A DNA stretch of 64,000 bases, from positions 186,001-250,000 of IMG/VR virus record IMGVR_UViG_3300044644_001125; one strand, written 5' to 3'. A program made the position numbers and the translations under genes. Below the pieces are notes generated by a model. The model was not told the origin of the DNA. It did not search any database and saw nothing but the letters and a program-made list of their open reading frames with translations. Below are positions 18,770 to 29,365 of this stretch, one piece after another; positions within the stretch are counted from its first letter, which is position 1; each line of letters begins with the position of its first letter.

Positions 18770-20455
18770 ATGCCCTTACAAATACGCAGAGGTCTTGAAG
18801 CCCAACGTGTAGCATTGACAACACCATTAGCCGATGGCGAATTGTTATGGACTACCGACCTCAAAAGAATATTTATTGGTGATGGTGTGACGGCAGCTAG
18901 TCAATTATCACCAGTAATTAACTTTAACGCAGAGGATGCGCAAGATGCAGCCGCTGCGTTGTTCACACATACAGACCACACTGGTATTACATTTACATAT
19001 GATGATGCCAATGATAAAATCATTGCAGTAGTATCTGCATCCGGTACTAGTTCATTTGACACGGTAACTGCAACTAAAATCATTGGTTCTTTATATGCCG
19101 CTGATGGTACAACAAAACTTATCGACACTACTACCGGTGAAGTAACTACAAATACTAGTGGTACTCATTTCGGTGCAGTATACACAACTAACAAAAGTAC
19201 AAAAATTATTGATGGATCTACTGGTGAAATCACTGCAAATACAACTGGTTCGCATTTTGGTTCAGTCACTGGTGATTTAAAAGCATCGAATGGCACTGTA
19301 TTCTTCAATGCATCTGGTGCAGGCCAATTAATTGGTAATCTTTCAGGTACTGCTACTAGTGCAGCGCAAATTACAACAGTTGGTAATACTTCCTATGTTG
19401 GTGATCCATTACTCGCTGATTACTTTATCACTTATGTTAATGCTGCATCTGGTAGTCAAGCACCGCAAACCCACACTGCATTAAAATTCAACCAATACAA
19501 TCATACATTAACAGTTGATAATGTTGTAGCAAATTTAACTGGAAGCGTTACTGGTAATACCACTGGTTATCACTCTGGCGACACGAAAGGTTCTGTATTT
19601 GCTGATGATAGTTCAGTTATCGTTGATGGTATTGGTTTTAAATTATTAGCACCCTTACATGCTAACGTTGTTAGTGATGCTGGAACTATTTTAGTTAATG
19701 CGGCATCTGGTTATATTTCAGGTACTAACGTATCTGCTACTTCATTGCATGCAAATCAAGCAACCATTGGTACAGATACCAATTCTGTTGGGTCGTTATC
19801 TGCATTTAATTCGATTGGCACTTTTGCTAATTTATATGCTACTACCACAAATACAAATCCGTCTTTGACATATAACATGGCCGGTGGTACAAATAATGCA
19901 CCAGAAACAGTTACTGCTAGTGATTTATTAGGTACATTAGTATTCAATGGATATAATGGTAATGATTACGTACCCGCAGTGACTATTAGTTGCACAGCAA
20001 ACGATGATGTTACGAATAATGGCATTCCAGGTAGATTTGAAGTAAAAACAACAGGATCTAATGGTCTTACCTCTAATATTTTAGCATTTGATAGTACCGG
20101 TACACTAATTGTTGGTAGAGTAGCGAGTGAATTACAGGGCTTCGTTATTGCAAGTGATGAATCGGTTATTATTGATTCTGATACGAAAACAATTACAGGT
20201 ACATTAGTTGGTGATGTTAAAGGTTCGGTATTCGCTGATGATAGTACTATCCTAGTTGATGGTGTTAATGGTGTTCTTAAAGGTCATTTAGAAGGTACTG
20301 CGGCTGGCGTTTCTGTTTATGCCGATGCAACTACTAGAGATGCAGCGATTCCTGAGCCAGTTGTTGGTATGATGGTCGTTGTATTAAATAGTGGTACTCC
20401 AAAGTTACAAGTTAACTTAACTGGTACGTTAGTTGGTTGGACAGATTTGAATTAA
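18770..20455 (+). CDS. tail-fibre-like virion protein
   Basis: MPLQIRRG...LADGELLWTTD N-terminus; T/G/S-rich; repeated GDxKGSVFADDS. Confidence 0.7.
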   Translation: MPLQIRRGLEAQRVALTTPLADGELLWTTDLKRIFIGDGVTAASQLSPVINFNAEDAQDAAAALFTHTDHTGITFTYDDANDKIIAVVSASGTSSFDTVTATKIIGSLYAADGTTKLIDTTTGEVTTNTSGTHFGAVYTTNKSTKIIDGSTGEITANTTGSHFGSVTGDLKASNGTVFFNASGAGQLIGNLSGTATSAAQITTVGNTSYVGDPLLADYFITYVNAASGSQAPQTHTALKFNQYNHTLTVDNVVANLTGSVTGNTTGYHSGDTKGSVFADDSSVIVDGIGFKLLAPLHANVVSDAGTILVNAASGYISGTNVSATSLHANQATIGTDTNSVGSLSAFNSIGTFANLYATTTNTNPSLTYNMAGGTNNAPETVTASDLLGTLVFNGYNGNDYVPAVTISCTANDDVTNNGIPGRFEVKTTGSNGLTSNILAFDSTGTLIVGRVASELQGFVIASDESVIIDSDTKTITGTLVGDVKGSVFADDSTILVDGVNGVLKGHLEGTAAGVSVYADATTRDAAIPEPVVGMMVVVLNSGTPKLQVNLTGTLVGWTDLN

Positions 20456-20555
20456 GTTATCTGGTGGGCGTTTCACGCCCACTTTTCAAATAGCAGTTGC
20501 TTCTCTTCGTAAATAGTTGTATACTTTGATTTTCGAACATTTAATCGGTGAGACT

Positions 20556-20903
20556 ATGACCATTCTAAAAGATAATTCAACTACATTACCCTACAATAGT
20601 ACAATATCAGGTACATGTTCCCTGCCCAATAGTGCACTTTCGGGAGCTACTGGATTAACTAACTCGGGAGCTACTGGTTCGGCTAATCCAACGATAAGAT
20701 CCGGTGGTTCTTTGATTAGTTCGACATCTAATGGTATTATGCGAGATACTACACTAGAACCAATCAGTAGTAGATTAGCCGCCATTGAAGAACGGCTTGC
20801 TATTTTAAATCCAGACTTACAAAAACTTGAAAAGTATTCGGCATTAAAGCAAGCATACGATAACTACAAATTACTTGAAACTTTATGTAAGGAGAATCCA
20901 TGA
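20556..20903 (+). CDS. hypothetical protein
   Basis: C-terminal RLAAIEERLAILNP..KLEKY.ALK.AY. Confidence 0.6.
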   Translation: MTILKDNSTTLPYNSTISGTCSLPNSALSGATGLTNSGATGSANPTIRSGGSLISSTSNGIMRDTTLEPISSRLAAIEERLAILNPDLQKLEKYSALKQAYDNYKLLETLCKENP

Positions 20904-21032
20904 AAACCGAAAAACCAAAAGATAATTCAACCAAACCTCAGCAACCGTTCACAAACATGAGTAGAATTAAAGCAATGTTCGCTGCGGCTGAAGCTGAACT
21001 CCGTAAACAATTTGAATCCAAAAAGGTATAGT

Positions 21033-21692
21033 ATGCAAGTAAAATTAGTATCACATTCAACACCAACCGCTGAGTTTGCAGACCAAGGTATTGCAGATGT
21101 GCAAGAGTTAATTGCGTTTTGTGCTAGAGTAAGTAATCCTAGCAACCAGTTTAATACTGAAACTTCTGAAAAACTCATCAAGTATTTGCTTAAACATAAG
21201 CATTTTAGTCCACTTGAAATGGTTCATGCGTGTGTTGAAATTGAAACGACTCGTGATATTGCTCGTCAAATGTTACGTCACGCATCTTTTAGATTCCAAG
21301 AGTTTTCTCAACGATACGCTGATCCTACCAAGGAATTGTCATTTGTGTTAAGAGAAGCAAGACTTCAAGATGACAAAAATAGACAAAACAGCATTGTAGT
21401 TGATGATAACGAACTGCATGAATGGTGGGAAACTGCACAACAAGAAGTGATTGCACTAGTTAAAAGGCATTATGTTGAAGCAATCAATCGTGGTATTGCT
21501 AAAGAATGTGCTAGAGTTATCTTACCTGAAGGAAATACAGTAAGTAAACTTTACATGTCTGGTAGTATTCGTAGTTGGATTCATTATATTGATGTTCGTG
21601 CTGATGAAAGCACCCAATTAGAACATAGAGTAGTTGCATTGGCGTGTGCTAACGCAATTTCTGCTATTTTCCCAATGGCTGAAAACATCTAA
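21033..21692 (+). CDS. thyX: flavin-dependent thymidylate synthase
   Basis: CARVSNP, HFSPLE, RDIARQMLRHASFRFQEFSQRY, ECARVILP. Confidence 0.95.
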   Translation: MQVKLVSHSTPTAEFADQGIADVQELIAFCARVSNPSNQFNTETSEKLIKYLLKHKHFSPLEMVHACVEIETTRDIARQMLRHASFRFQEFSQRYADPTKELSFVLREARLQDDKNRQNSIVVDDNELHEWWETAQQEVIALVKRHYVEAINRGIAKECARVILPEGNTVSKLYMSGSIRSWIHYIDVRADESTQLEHRVVALACANAISAIFPMAENI

Positions 21693-21973
21693 TGTCTGAC
21701 TTGTTTGGTTTGCACCGATTATTGGTCAACTGCGGCATTACAATTCAATATGATGGTGAATATATTCCATTTGTACCGCCGCATGAATTTGATCGTGTAG
21801 TTTTAACAATGGATAAAGATTCATTTGAGATGTTAGCGGACCACATATCAGATGCAAACCAAATTCGCTACAGATTAGCGCAATCAGAGTACGAGGCCGA
21901 GATGCGGGATTTGTATCCTGCATTGGCCTCTGCTTACGAAAATTACCAAGTTATTCTTAAATTAGTCGAATAG
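21692..21973 (+). CDS. hypothetical protein
   Basis: 93-aa coupled ORF. Confidence 0.6.
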   Translation: MSDLFGLHRLLVNCGITIQYDGEYIPFVPPHEFDRVVLTMDKDSFEMLADHISDANQIRYRLAQSEYEAEMRDLYPALASAYENYQVILKLVE

Positions 21974-22025
21974 TTCTTGATTTTTCTGAAATCGCGCTAT
22001 ATACTATTATCTCGAGGAAAATAGA

Positions 22026-22226
22026 ATGATCGACTTAATCATATCAACGTATGCAATGCTATTCTTAGCAACATACATGATGCCAACCTTTGTTGCCATA
22101 GCAAGAAATCACAATCAAACTACAACCATTGCTATTCTAAATCTAGTATTTGGCTGGTCTGTTATTGGTTGGGTTATTTTGTTGCTTTGGTCAGCCAATT
22201 ATAATACAAAACAGGAATTAAGATGA
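22026..22226 (+). CDS. superinfection immunity protein (T4 Imm-like)
   Basis: YMMPTFVAIARNH...ILNLVFGWSVIGWVILLLW. Confidence 0.8.
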   Translation: MIDLIISTYAMLFLATYMMPTFVAIARNHNQTTTIAILNLVFGWSVIGWVILLLWSANYNTKQELR

Positions 22227-23062
22227 GAGATTATTGGAGTTGCAGTGATTTTGCTGATAAAATCCGAGGTACTGCTAAACCAGAATGGGGTACTGGTACT
22301 GAATGGGATTATTGGGAAATTCATGCTAAACAAACACATCCTATTCGTTACTGGATAGTTGAAACGGCATTCGATGCGGTTCAAGATTTTATTTGGTGGC
22401 CAGTTGACACCCTATACGACATCAAGTATTATTGCATCAACCGTTGGGTTACTAAAACTCACCAATTGACAGCTAGTAAGAAAGATCTCAAACCAGGTGA
22501 ATGGTGTGATGTGGGTGGTAGATTCTTACCTTGTTTATTCAACGAATTGGTTGACTTTGTTGAAGTTGAATTAGCTGGTAGTAAGTTGATGTGGATGGAC
22601 GAAGAAGAATTCAAAAAACAAAAAGCACCATTCTGGGCTAGAGGTCCATTCAAAACCCGTACATGGCGTAGTCGTGAATTGGGAATGGAATACTTGGCAT
22701 GGGCTTCAGACTTAACATATGATAATCATTGGGGTGTTGATGAAGACCATGCAAATTATGGTGAACTAACCACACAAGCGTTAAATGCACGTGAAATTAA
22801 AGAGCTTTACCTTTGGTGGACTGAAGTTTACCCAACTAGACCAGACCCATATGATGAATCAGGCTTTGCTGCATATCATGAAGCAAGAGCAGAAGCGAAT
22901 GGTGGTAAGTATAACTGGGATTGCGATGAAAAAACCGAAGAAGAACGCCAAGAACTAAAATCAGTACTAGATGAAAGTACTCGAATTGAACAGCTATACG
23001 AATCCGAAGATACTGCAATGATGATTCGATTAATTAAAGTAAGAGATGGACTATGGACTTAA
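22223..23062 (+). CDS. Trp-rich conserved phage hypothetical
   Basis: 279-aa ORF. Confidence 0.75.
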   Translation: MRDYWSCSDFADKIRGTAKPEWGTGTEWDYWEIHAKQTHPIRYWIVETAFDAVQDFIWWPVDTLYDIKYYCINRWVTKTHQLTASKKDLKPGEWCDVGGRFLPCLFNELVDFVEVELAGSKLMWMDEEEFKKQKAPFWARGPFKTRTWRSRELGMEYLAWASDLTYDNHWGVDEDHANYGELTTQALNAREIKELYLWWTEVYPTRPDPYDESGFAAYHEARAEANGGKYNWDCDEKTEEERQELKSVLDESTRIEQLYESEDTAMMIRLIKVRDGLWT

Positions 23063-23244
23063 ATAAGCATACATTTGATTGCCCAGTTTGTAACAAAACT
23101 AGGCTATATTTTGAAAAATACGATTCCTATTACTGCGAAGACTGCAAAGAATGGTCTGAAGAACCGTGCGACGACAAAGATTGTGACTATTGTAGCACCA
23201 GACCAATAACATTAACCCTTGAGGAGATTAACAATGACCGATAA
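23053..23244 (+). CDS. small Cys-rich zinc-binding protein
   Basis: CPVC, CEDC, CDDKDCDYC. Confidence 0.65.
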   Translation: MDLNKHTFDCPVCNKTRLYFEKYDSYYCEDCKEWSEEPCDDKDCDYCSTRPITLTLEEINNDR

Positions 23245-23479
23245 CGAAAACAAACCAACTGTGGAAACAGAATACATGGCTATTGGCACACCAGTGCTTC
23301 AACTAATGAACAAATTAGTGTCTTTTTATCAACCTGCAACGATTGCAAGCGTTTTCATCATGGAAGGTGCTAAACTACTAAGAAGACTTTTTAAAACTGA
23401 TGCGTACTTTAAACTATTAGATAGTATTTTTGACGAATGCCGTAAACTTAAACCTGAAGAAGATCCAACGGAAGAATAA
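23234..23479 (+). CDS. hypothetical protein
   Basis: GAGGAG SD. Confidence 0.6.
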   Translation: MTDNENKPTVETEYMAIGTPVLQLMNKLVSFYQPATIASVFIMEGAKLLRRLFKTDAYFKLLDSIFDECRKLKPEEDPTEE

Positions 23480-23817
23480 TGAAACCACAAACACCAGCAT
23501 TGAACATTTCTAAAACAGGTGAGTGGAAAGATGCTACTGCTTATAAATTATCATGTGATTGTCACGATAATGACCACTCGGTTGATATGTGGCTAGAAGT
23601 AGACCCAGATACCGAGTTTAAAGATATAACCATTAGTTTCCACGTGCAAACAACCGCACCATTTTGGGAAAAAGGTTTCAATAGATTTAAACTGATCTGG
23701 CAATTACTTACTACTGGTTATTATAAATCGGAACATCACTTCATTCTTAATGAACAAACAGCCACTACACTGGTTGATGTAATCAAAAAAGACTTGACCA
23801 AGTTCAAGAAACTTTGA
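23479..23817 (+). CDS. hypothetical protein
   Basis: 112-aa coupled ORF. Confidence 0.65.
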   Translation: MKPQTPALNISKTGEWKDATAYKLSCDCHDNDHSVDMWLEVDPDTEFKDITISFHVQTTAPFWEKGFNRFKLIWQLLTTGYYKSEHHFILNEQTATTLVDVIKKDLTKFKKL

Positions 23818-23860
23818 TAGTATATGTCAACCTTAACCAATTATCTAATAGGCGATATAC

Positions 23861-25123
23861 ATGTCTACAGTTAAAAGAAAAACACAAAATGATCATCTAA
23901 CAGAAGCTAGAGCAGCTAAAGGTAAAGATCTATCACCAAAATGGGATGGATGTGACGAATGGGATACTAGAACATTTAGTTTAAACTTCCATTGGGCTAT
24001 GAAGTATTATAACATCGAGAAATCTGCCAAGGATTTAAAACCAGCAGTTATCAAATGGATGGGATTAAACGGATTCACTACTGATCAAGTAGATATCTAC
24101 AAAAAAGGTGCTGATTGGCGTTCTAATACATCAATTGGCGGTATAGCCAGTTGCCTATTAAAAGGGATGCCAGCACAACGTGATGATTTCAATAACGGTG
24201 CTGATACGTCTGTTTGGCTAAGAACAAGAATCCTTGAAATTATCGACGATTGTAACAAGGATATACAAGAAGAATCAGAAGATGTCAAACCTGCAGCACC
24301 AGTTAACATTCAAGAAAGACTAAAAGATATTAGTCTAAGCATGACGAATGAATTAGAAGATGCAATTGAGTCTTGGATTGAAAACCCAGATACGTTTAAT
24401 CCAAAAGCATTCAATATTCATAACTTATTAAAAGGTAAATCTGCTAAATCAAACCATGTAAGAATCATCAAAGATTATTACACACCGATGTTAACTGAGT
24501 TTGAGGAATTGGCCGGTCCAGCACCTACTAAACCAGTAGATTATAAAGAACCAGAAGTAACCGAAGATGAAGAAATAGTAGATCCTTATCTTAAAGAAAA
24601 GGACATCTATGACCAACTAAAAGAAGGTTATAAACAACGTACTAAAAAGAATATCACAAGTATTATCAATTTCTTGAAAGATATCATGAGTGCATGTGAC
24701 ATGATTATACAAGAAGATAAAGCTAATAGAGTACCACGTGTTAAAAAGTCAGTTTCTAAAGAGAAACTAGTTGAAAAACTCAACTACTTAAAAACAGATT
24801 CTAATTCTAAGTTAGTATCTATTAATCCAGTAACTATCATTGGTGCTGCTATACTATGGTGTTATGATAGTAAAACTAAGAAGTTGTTCAGGTATCTAGC
24901 GGACGACATAGATGGACCATTAGGTGTCAAAGGTACGACTATAATAGGTTACGACCCAAATAAATCGATTGGTAAAACAATCAGGAAACCAGCCGAACAA
25001 CTGGCAATATTCAAGGCCGGTAGTAAGACTGCCATTAATAAGTTCTTTGATAGTCTGACTACCGTTGAAATAAAGGCAAATGGTAGAATAAATCCCAACC
25101 AGATACTTGTTAAAGTACATTAA
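23861..25123 (+). CDS. conserved T4-like-phage hypothetical protein
   Basis: 420 aa; C-terminal LWCYDSKTKKL..Y.A.....L.VKGTTI...KTIRKP; terminator 25126-25157. Confidence 0.7.
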   Translation: MSTVKRKTQNDHLTEARAAKGKDLSPKWDGCDEWDTRTFSLNFHWAMKYYNIEKSAKDLKPAVIKWMGLNGFTTDQVDIYKKGADWRSNTSIGGIASCLLKGMPAQRDDFNNGADTSVWLRTRILEIIDDCNKDIQEESEDVKPAAPVNIQERLKDISLSMTNELEDAIESWIENPDTFNPKAFNIHNLLKGKSAKSNHVRIIKDYYTPMLTEFEELAGPAPTKPVDYKEPEVTEDEEIVDPYLKEKDIYDQLKEGYKQRTKKNITSIINFLKDIMSACDMIIQEDKANRVPRVKKSVSKEKLVEKLNYLKTDSNSKLVSINPVTIIGAAILWCYDSKTKKLFRYLADDIDGPLGVKGTTIIGYDPNKSIGKTIRKPAEQLAIFKAGSKTAINKFFDSLTTVEIKANGRINPNQILVKVH

Positions 25124-25218
25124 CTTAAAAACCCAGACTTAAAAATCTGGGTTTTTTGTTTGACATCTTACAATTAGTAAGTTAGTATATGCCCAACTTA
25201 AACCAACCAGAGAACATC

Positions 25219-26223
25219 ATGAGAATAGGATTTGCTAGTAAATACGTTCAACAAACGTCAAAAGGCGTGGTCAACGTACCAGAATTAAACATGGGTACTA
25301 CTACAATCGCTTGGCTTAATCGTCAATCACGGGCAGTAGCAGAACAAAAACTAACTGATTTAATGCAAGCTAACTTAACTGCTACCTATAAGTTAGTTGA
25401 ACGTGTTGGTCAGTTACCTGAATCACTAAGAATGCTTCGTATTGGCTCTGATGTTCTAACTGCTTATACCCACAAAGATTTCATCGATTTCTACCAACAA
25501 CCCGATGTCATCAACTACTTAGAACAAGGATTCAGTAAAATTGGCAATCTAGCACGTGAAAAGCAAGTTAGATTGAGTTTCCATCCAGGTCAGTTCTGCT
25601 GTATTGTTAGTGATAGACCAGAAGTCGTTGATAGTTCACTCGAAGAGCTCGAATACCATGCAAATATGGCACGCTGGATGGGCTATGGTCGATCTAAATT
25701 AGATTTTAAACTCAACGTACACCTTAGTGGTAAACTAGGCTCTGATGGCTTTAATGCAGCTTGGAATCGCATGAGTCCAGAACTTAGAAATACATTAACC
25801 TTAGAAAACGACGAGTATCAAAAAGGTCTCGATGATCTTTTAGTTCTAAAAGATAAGGCAGGCATCGTGCTTGATATTCATCATCATTTGATTATGACTG
25901 GTGAGTATATCAAAGATACTGATCCACGAATCCAACATGTTATTGATAGTTGGCAAGGAGTTAGACCAGTTATCCACTATAGTCAATCTAAAGAAGAGTT
26001 TTTAGGTAAATACAGGGATATACCAGCAATGGATACGCTATTGTTGGAATCAAACAAAAGTAAACTTCGTGCACACAGCGATATGTTCAACAACACCAAA
26101 ATTAACGACTGGGCTTTGACTCATCTTAGTTGGGCTGATATTATGTGCGAAGCAAAATCAAAAAACCTAGCATCTCAACAACTATTTGACCAGCATGAGC
26201 AAAATAACAGTACTATGCGTTAA
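25219..26223 (+). CDS. uvsE: UV damage endonuclease
   Basis: RIGFASKY, MLRIGSD, RLSFHPGQF, LEYH, LENDE, LDIHHH, IHYSQS, LRAHSD, MCEAKSK. Confidence 0.92.
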   Translation: MRIGFASKYVQQTSKGVVNVPELNMGTTTIAWLNRQSRAVAEQKLTDLMQANLTATYKLVERVGQLPESLRMLRIGSDVLTAYTHKDFIDFYQQPDVINYLEQGFSKIGNLAREKQVRLSFHPGQFCCIVSDRPEVVDSSLEELEYHANMARWMGYGRSKLDFKLNVHLSGKLGSDGFNAAWNRMSPELRNTLTLENDEYQKGLDDLLVLKDKAGIVLDIHHHLIMTGEYIKDTDPRIQHVIDSWQGVRPVIHYSQSKEEFLGKYRDIPAMDTLLLESNKSKLRAHSDMFNNTKINDWALTHLSWADIMCEAKSKNLASQQLFDQHEQNNSTMR

Positions 26224-26893
26224 ATTCGGAACAGCTTACTCTACTGATTACGTGATTAGATTACGTAATATGGTAGCTAGATACTTAACCGTTCCATATG
26301 AATTCGTTTGTCTAACAGATGATACAACACCAATCGAAGGTGTTAGACTTATCGTACAACCAACCGCAGATTATAAACGTGGTTGGTGGTACAAAGTCCA
26401 TATGTTCGACCCTAATTTACAAGTTGAAGATACTATCCTATATTTCGACTTAGATGTTGTTATCACTGGTAATATTGATAAGTTGATATCGAAAGCAGGA
26501 AACTTCTATGGTATTCGCGACTTCAATCGTAAGTTCAACAAGGACTATAAATGTTTAAATAGCTCAGTTATGACATGGTCACATGGTGATCATGGTATTA
26601 TATGGGAACAATTTAGAAAACTACCAGGAGAAGCTATGCGAGTTCATGGCGACCAAGATTGGATATGGCGGATTGCTAAGTCTAAAATTACTTTCTGGCC
26701 TGATTCATGGATACAAAGTTACAAATGGGAAGTTCGTAATAGAAATGAGTTAGTAATAACCGATGGTAAACGAAACTTTGAGTCTAAAGTAGACAACCCA
26801 GTTATATCAGACGAATGCTGTGTATTAGTATTCCACGGCGAACCAAAACCACACGAAGTTCAAGACCAGTTCATTATTGATAACTGGGTATAA
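26195..26893 (+). CDS. GT-A glycosyltransferase (GT8-like)
   Basis: KFGTAY, FVCLTDD, WWYKVHMF, YFDLDVV, NSSVM, GDQDWI, VFHGEPKP. Confidence 0.8.
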   Translation: MSKITVLCVKFGTAYSTDYVIRLRNMVARYLTVPYEFVCLTDDTTPIEGVRLIVQPTADYKRGWWYKVHMFDPNLQVEDTILYFDLDVVITGNIDKLISKAGNFYGIRDFNRKFNKDYKCLNSSVMTWSHGDHGIIWEQFRKLPGEAMRVHGDQDWIWRIAKSKITFWPDSWIQSYKWEVRNRNELVITDGKRNFESKVDNPVISDECCVLVFHGEPKPHEVQDQFIIDNWV

Positions 26894-27007
26894 GGAGATT
26901 GAAATGTTAAGAAAGTTACTAGAAGCATTGGTTGCAGCAACCATTTTGAAAATTAAAGAAGTCGATTACAGACGGCCATATGTAAGATCGGTGGTTGTTA
27001 TCGAAAG

Positions 27008-27301
27008 ATGGAAATAACAACCGTGGATTTCCAACGGTGGTTTTTGGAAGGTATTCTGAAATCGAATATATGTAAAATCAGATTTACCAGGGTATCTGGT
27101 GGAATTAGTACAATGCGTTGTACATTAAAACCAGAATACATCCCGGAATATACCGGTGATGCTGAGAAGTTAGCAGTAGCTAATCGCATGAGGCAAGTCA
27201 ATCATATTCTTGCAGTTTGGAATATTGATAAGAATGGATGGCGTTGTTTTAAAATTGAAAACTTAATAGATATGGAGATAGTAGATGCATTACCTATTTG
27301 A
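27008..27301 (+). CDS. WYL/SH3-like phage protein
   Basis: IRFTRVSG...MRCTL...VWNIDKNGWRCF. Confidence 0.65.
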   Translation: MEITTVDFQRWFLEGILKSNICKIRFTRVSGGISTMRCTLKPEYIPEYTGDAEKLAVANRMRQVNHILAVWNIDKNGWRCFKIENLIDMEIVDALPI

Positions 27302-27980
27302 TGTGGATGGAACATTAACCCCAAGCCGAGAAAAAATCAATCCAGCATTTGGTCATTGGTTTCTAGGATTTGCACGATCACACGACGTATCTCTTGTTTC
27401 TGGTGGTGATTATCAGAAAACCTTAGAGCAACTAGGTCCTGAGATAATAGATGCCGCCAAGTTCGTATTCAGTTGTTCTGGTAATGTTATTCGTGAAAAC
27501 GGTGAAATATTACATGAACATTCTTGGACAGTACCAGAACCCGTACTGGATTACCTAAAATCTGAATTATTCACAAGTCCATACGAAGAACGTTTCGGTA
27601 AGCATTTTGAACATCGCACAGGTATGCTTAACTTTTCTATCGTTGGTAGAAATGCAAAAGGTCGCGATAGACTAGATTACTACCAATGGGATTTGAAGAA
27701 TGGTGAGCGTACTAGAATAGTAAATACCATCAATGATACATGGCCTGACTTACATGCAGTTGTAGGTGGCGAAACTAGTATTGATATAGCGAGTATCGGT
27801 GCAGATAAATCTCAAGTCCTAGAATGGATTAAGGGCGATATCCTCTTCATCGGCGATAGAACCGACCCAATTGGTAATGATTATCCATTGGCTTGTGCTA
27901 CAGTCGAACAACGTCGAGGAACGTTTGAGACTGTTACTAGTTGGAAAGATACTTGGGAAATACTTAAGAAAATTGATTAA
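27285..27980 (+). CDS. HAD-IIB hydrolase, phosphomannomutase-like
   Basis: LFDVDGTLTPSR, IE.R.GMLNFS..GR, GGETSIDI, DK, FIGD...GND. Confidence 0.85.
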   Translation: MHYLFDVDGTLTPSREKINPAFGHWFLGFARSHDVSLVSGGDYQKTLEQLGPEIIDAAKFVFSCSGNVIRENGEILHEHSWTVPEPVLDYLKSELFTSPYEERFGKHFEHRTGMLNFSIVGRNAKGRDRLDYYQWDLKNGERTRIVNTINDTWPDLHAVVGGETSIDIASIGADKSQVLEWIKGDILFIGDRTDPIGNDYPLACATVEQRRGTFETVTSWKDTWEILKKID

Positions 27981-27983
27981 AGA

Positions 27984-28008
27984 AAAGGGGCTTAATAGCC
28001 CCTTTTTG
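27984..28008. terminator. bidirectional terminator
   Basis: AAAAGGGGCT-TAAT-AGCCCCTTTTT between convergent genes. Confidence 0.8.
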
Positions 28009-28335
28009 TTACTTCTTCTTTCTACCACGTGGTGGTTTGTTCTGTGGTGCCTTTGGTTTGTTCTCAGGTTTTTTAGGTACTGATGATACAACCGCTTGTT
28101 CAATCTTCGTTTCTACTGCAGCAGCAACAACTGGTTTCTTAATAGTAGGTTTCTTTTTAGCCGGTTCTTTTTCAACTTCAGTTTCTACTACTGGCTCTGC
28201 TACAACTTCCACATTAACTTCTGTTTTAGGTGCACGCGGTTTATACTTGCGTTTTGGCTTAACTGCTACTTCCACTTCAATGATTTGTTCCGCTTGTGGT
28301 GCTTTTTTGAACAGATTTTTGATAAAATCAAACAT
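28009..28335 (-). CDS. Lys/Pro-rich histone-like protein
   Basis: Basic low-complexity; AGGAG SD; late promoter at ~28375 (minus). Confidence 0.65.
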   Translation of the reverse strand: MFDFIKNLFKKAPQAEQIIEVEVAVKPKRKYKPRAPKTEVNVEVVAEPVVETEVEKEPAKKKPTIKKPVVAAAVETKIEQAVVSSVPKKPENKPKAPQNKPPRGRKKK

Positions 28336-28430
28336 GTACTACTCCTTTGGGGTTTTGTTTAAGATATCGTATTTAGTTTACGCAAAAATCGGATAAATAC
28401 CAGATACATAAACTATTTAAAGGAACATCC

Positions 28431-28811
28431 ATGTCAGCACACCCGACCATTGACCACTACGACGGAGATAGAGAATATACAGTAGGAACTGTCGTTATAT
28501 TCGGTGGAGAACGAGAAGTCACAATATCAACTCAATACTCAGATACTAGAGTTGCTGGCGTGGTAGCAGCCATTGCAGATCCAGCACACCTATTTCCTGG
28601 ATTTAACATTCCAGTAGCTAGTCATGGCAGAGCGCCATGCAGAGTAGTAGGTAAAGTTGAAAAAGGTGATCTTTTGGTAACTTCAAGAATCGCAGGCGTT
28701 GCAGTAGTTCCAACCAGTGGTGCAATTGCTGGTACAATTATCGGTAAAGCATTACAAGAGTTTAGTTCCGACCATATCGGTACAATAGAAATCGCAGTTG
28801 GCTGCGCATAA
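28431..28811 (+). CDS. tail-associated protein (peptidase-G2-like C-terminal module)
   Basis: GTVVIFGG..EV, RVAGVV, GRAPCRVVG.VEKGDLLVTS. Confidence 0.55.
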   Translation: MSAHPTIDHYDGDREYTVGTVVIFGGEREVTISTQYSDTRVAGVVAAIADPAHLFPGFNIPVASHGRAPCRVVGKVEKGDLLVTSRIAGVAVVPTSGAIAGTIIGKALQEFSSDHIGTIEIAVGCA

Positions 28812-28822
28812 TAGGAAATAAT

Positions 28823-29359
28823 ATGACTATAACTACAATTAACATTGGTAATATTGCAAACGACGGGTTAGGTGATGATCTAAGAACCGCATTTGAAAAA
28901 GTAAATGCTAATTTTCAAGCATTAAACATAACAGCATCAACAACCGATGTACCTGGTTATAGTATATTCAAAGAAAAAGTTGATAATAACTTAGTGTTTA
29001 GAACCTTACAATCAGGGACTAATATCGCAATCACTGAAACACCTGATGCAATCACGATTGCTAGTAGTGCACCAATCGCATTTAAAAAGATATCAACCGA
29101 TAATGGTTCGATTTCCGCAAGCAGTTTTCAAGATATTTCAATTGTAGGAACTAACGATATTACTGTTGCGTCTTCAGCATCAACTATAACAGTTGGTAGT
29201 ACATTACCGGTAACCGATATTTTAACAACTTATGATTTTGGTCCAATCACTGGCGATTTTACAAATGCTATTCAATTACTATTAGCCAACACGTCTATTA
29301 ATTTTGGTACAATATCAGTACCTAGTATGTTTAATTTAGACTGCGGAACATTAGGATAA
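28823..29359 (+). CDS. baseplate/tail protein with T4 gp9/gp10-like N-terminus
   Basis: INIGNIANDGLGDDLRTAFEKVNANF. Confidence 0.75.
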   Translation: MTITTINIGNIANDGLGDDLRTAFEKVNANFQALNITASTTDVPGYSIFKEKVDNNLVFRTLQSGTNIAITETPDAITIASSAPIAFKKISTDNGSISASSFQDISIVGTNDITVASSASTITVGSTLPVTDILTTYDFGPITGDFTNAIQLLLANTSINFGTISVPSMFNLDCGTLG

Positions 29360-29365
29360 TAACCA

